From contig JBFWON010000006.1 in assembly GCA_050250515.1 (NCBI GenBank), forward strand, positions 237 to 64,236: a stretch of DNA of 64,000 nt, read 5' to 3'. Position 1 is the first letter of the stretch, and each line of letters starts with the position of its first letter. This document shows, piece by piece, positions 63,758 to 64,000 of this stretch. A program made the position numbers and the translations under genes. The notes under the pieces are model-generated. The model ran no database searches. It had not been told where the DNA came from and saw only the letters and a program-made list of their open reading frames with translations. Origin of the DNA: Bdellovibrionales bacterium (lineage in GTDB: Bacteria; Bdellovibrionota; Bdellovibrionia; Bdellovibrionales; UBA1609).

Positions 63758-64000
63758 ATGGACAAAAACGGAAAATACTGGCGGCTCTCTTGGATTTTAC
63801 TCGGGATTGTCGCTCTCTATGATATTTTCCCTTACCTCTTTCACCAAAAAGAGTTCGCCCATCGGGATATCGTCTACGTCTATGCTCCCATTCGCTCTTG
63901 GTTTGCCGAACAGCTTCGGCACGGAATTTATCCCTTTTGGGACCCATTTATGGGGCTTGGTCGTTTGGCGGATGCCTGGACTACTATTCCCGTAGACTTA
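63758..64000 (+). CDS. 5' part of a membrane protein (YfhO-like, tentative); runs off the window
   Basis: ATG 63758 follows AGGTGAGA. The frame is open to the window end: MDKNGKYWRLSWILLGIVALYDIFPYLFHQKEFAHRDIVYVYAPIRSWFAEQLRHGIYPFWDPFMGLG... It is absent from the ORF track because no stop falls within the window. Confidence 0.5.
   Translation, partial: MDKNGKYWRLSWILLGIVALYDIFPYLFHQKEFAHRDIVYVYAPIRSWFAEQLRHGIYPFWDPFMGLGRLADAWTTIPVDL

Noticed and set aside
1-64000. CRISPR arrays, rRNA/tRNA genes, prophage or integrase genes, toxin-antitoxin pairs, reverse transcriptases
   Set aside because: No regularly spaced direct repeats and no non-coding stretch longer than ~430 nt were found. No ORF showed integrase, RT, Cas or toxin motifs.

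Overview
This 64-kb window is a gene-dense chromosomal segment of about 58 CDS. I found no rRNA, tRNA or CRISPR array. All calls come from reading motifs in the supplied six-frame ORFs and the raw DNA; no database search was run. Several starts were moved from the longest-ORF track to an internal ATG with a Shine-Dalgarno sequence or a stop/start overlap. Many track 'M' starts are really TTG or GTG.

The content suggests a Bdellovibrio-like or Myxococcota-related organism, but this is only an inference. It rests on AgmX/PglI C-terminal tail domains, many secreted wall-hydrolase-like proteins, ECF sigma modules, FQNC-type lipoprotein signals and about 50% GC by eye.

Housekeeping genes recognised:
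- Transport and energy: DAACS transporter, membrane pyrophosphatase, ferredoxin.
- Stress and repair: Fe/Mn-SOD, msrA.
- Translation and RNA: trhO, rimK operon, prfC.
- Lipid and acyl-CoA metabolism: psd, acyl-CoA dehydrogenase.
- Chromosome segregation: scpA/scpB.
- Methionine synthesis: metF-metH.

Most notable items:
1. A five-gene URC-type uracil/uridine catabolic operon (mmsA-URC1-URC4-upp-udk).
2. An HUH/Y1 (RAYT/IS200-like) transposase gene bracketed by ~29-nt inverted repeats beside a bacterial SET-domain methyltransferase, with a second diverged paralogue 45 kb away.
3. An ECF sigma whose anti-sigma carries an AgmX/PglI-tail sensor domain, next to a paralogous membrane protein.
4. ScpA and ScpB that both carry long acidic extensions.
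5. A Ser/Thr kinase with five extracytoplasmic 'YWR' repeats.
6. A degenerate HD-GYP-like protein.
7. A GH73-like protein lacking the catalytic Glu, coupled to a secreted partner.
8. A secreted 28-aa tandem-repeat protein.
9. A partial glycan or protein-glycosylation cluster.

No recognised defence system, prophage or toxin-antitoxin module was seen.
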